A stretch of 43,789 bases of DNA from the IMG/VR virus record IMGVR_UViG_3300023107_000067, positions 1-43,789 of that record. One strand, 5' to 3'. Every line of letters begins with the position of its first letter. Position 1 is the stretch's first letter. The notes under the pieces were generated by a model. It was not told the DNA's origin and did not search any database. It saw nothing but the letters and a program-made list of their open reading frames with translations. Position numbers and translations under genes: made by a program. Shown piece after piece: positions 42,738-43,789 of this stretch. The DNA is from a virus. Taxonomy: Duplodnaviria > Caudoviricetes.

Positions 42738-43789
42738 TTCACATGCTGGAGAAGCTGAGGCAGCGCAAGGTTTACGGCGTGCGCCAGGTACGGACGTGGC
42801 GGGAAGCCTCAATCCGGTTCCTGCTGGAGGCGCGAAATCAGCCTTCTATCAACCTATCAGCCACTTACATTGATCAGCTCGACCCGTTTATCGGGCATCT
42901 GCCGATCACCCACGTCGATGACGACACCCTGGCCCCGTACATAAAGTCAAAGCTTGAGCCGTCGACCGGGCGGCCCGTGACAAACAGGACCGTCAACATC
43001 GCACTGCAGCGGGTCATCCGGGTTTTGAATCTCTGCGCACGAAAGTGGAGAGACGAGGAGCGCAGGCCGTGGCTCGATGTGGTGCCGATGATTTCTCTGC
43101 TGGACGAGAAGACGAGCAGTCGCAAGCCCTACCCGCTTTCGTGGGAAGAGCAATCGATTCTGTTCGCCGAGCTGCCGCCGCACTTGCAAACCATGGCGAT
43201 GTTCAAGGTCAACACGGGATGCAGGGAGCAGGAGGTGTGCAAACTTCAGTGGGATTGGGAGATTGCGGTGCCGGAGCTGGGAACAAGCGTATTTCTGATC
43301 CCGGCAGGGTTTGGCGGCCGAAGCGCAAAGGCCGGTGTTAAAAACCGGGATGAGCGCTTGGTGGTGATGAATGACGTTGCCAAGTCGGTACTGGAGCGCC
43401 AGCGAGGGATGCACCCGCTGTACGTATTTCCGTTTGGCAAGCCTGACCATGAAGGGAATGAGACGACCGTTCACCGCATGAATGACTCGGCCTGGAAGAA
43501 GGCGCGGATCAGGGCAGCGAAGAAGTGGCAGGAGAAGTACTTGAGGCCGGCCCATGACGGATTTTTGCGAATCCGTATTCACGACCTCAAGCACTCTTTC
43601 GGCAGAAGGCTGCGCGCCGCTGGCGTGACCGAGGAAGACCGGAAAGCTTTGCTCGGGCACAAGAACGGCAGTATCACCAGTCACTACTCGGCGGCAGAGC
43701 TGGATCAATTGATTGCAGCGGCAAATAAGGTATCAGCAACCGACTCGCGCGCACCAGCGCTGACGATTCTGAAGAGGAGGCAGGTATGA
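42605..43789 (+). CDS. int: Tyrosine integrase
   Basis: ESTGT..R.EAE arm domain; TGCR..E, VKN, HDLKH, LLGH, HY catalytic motifs. Confidence 0.95.
   Translation: MAQKAITGLQKMPNGIWKIDKKYRGERIQESTGTSDRAEAEQYLIHMLEKLRQRKVYGVRQVRTWREASIRFLLEARNQPSINLSATYIDQLDPFIGHLPITHVDDDTLAPYIKSKLEPSTGRPVTNRTVNIALQRVIRVLNLCARKWRDEERRPWLDVVPMISLLDEKTSSRKPYPLSWEEQSILFAELPPHLQTMAMFKVNTGCREQEVCKLQWDWEIAVPELGTSVFLIPAGFGGRSAKAGVKNRDERLVVMNDVAKSVLERQRGMHPLYVFPFGKPDHEGNETTVHRMNDSAWKKARIRAAKKWQEKYLRPAHDGFLRIRIHDLKHSFGRRLRAAGVTEEDRKALLGHKNGSITSHYSAAELDQLIAAANKVSATDSRAPALTILKRRQV

Larger units (their letters stand above)
208..43789. mobile_element. Lambdoid siphovirus-type prophage integrated at tRNA-Pro(GGG); right att lies beyond the window
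   Basis: Integrase at the right end, tRNA 3' duplicate at the left end, and complete immunity, replication, packaging, head, tail and lysis modules in lambdoid order. Confidence 0.95.

Overview
The window is almost entirely one apparently intact lambdoid (siphovirus-type) prophage, most likely of a Pseudomonas host (inferred from the tRNA sequence and gene content). It is integrated in a tRNA-Pro(GGG) gene: the duplicated 3' part is at 208-257, and the tyrosine integrase runs to the last base. From left to right it carries a LexA-boxed, N-terminally truncated UmuD-like gene pair, a DUF1353/endolysin pair, a compact tail tip, the tape measure gene, a moron, frameshifting tail chaperones, tail/head/portal/terminase genes, holin-like genes, Q, the nin region, replication genes, a Rha/ANT antirepressor, cII/cro/cI with readable operators and promoters, and a LexA-boxed DUF1654 gene. 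The rest is a long early operon with two 0.6-kb structured non-coding stretches, a Sak-like/Gp157/SSB module, a methylase, xis and int. The most interesting signals are: a SutA-like RNAP-binding helix fused to three HTH-like repeats; a 36-bp spaced palindrome present twice; structured RNA arrays with boxA, twin boxB-like hairpins and a two-codon minigene; a spanin-less lysis cassette with a PLA2-like DUF1353; and two LexA-controlled accessory units. All family calls come from motif recognition by eye, with no database searches.
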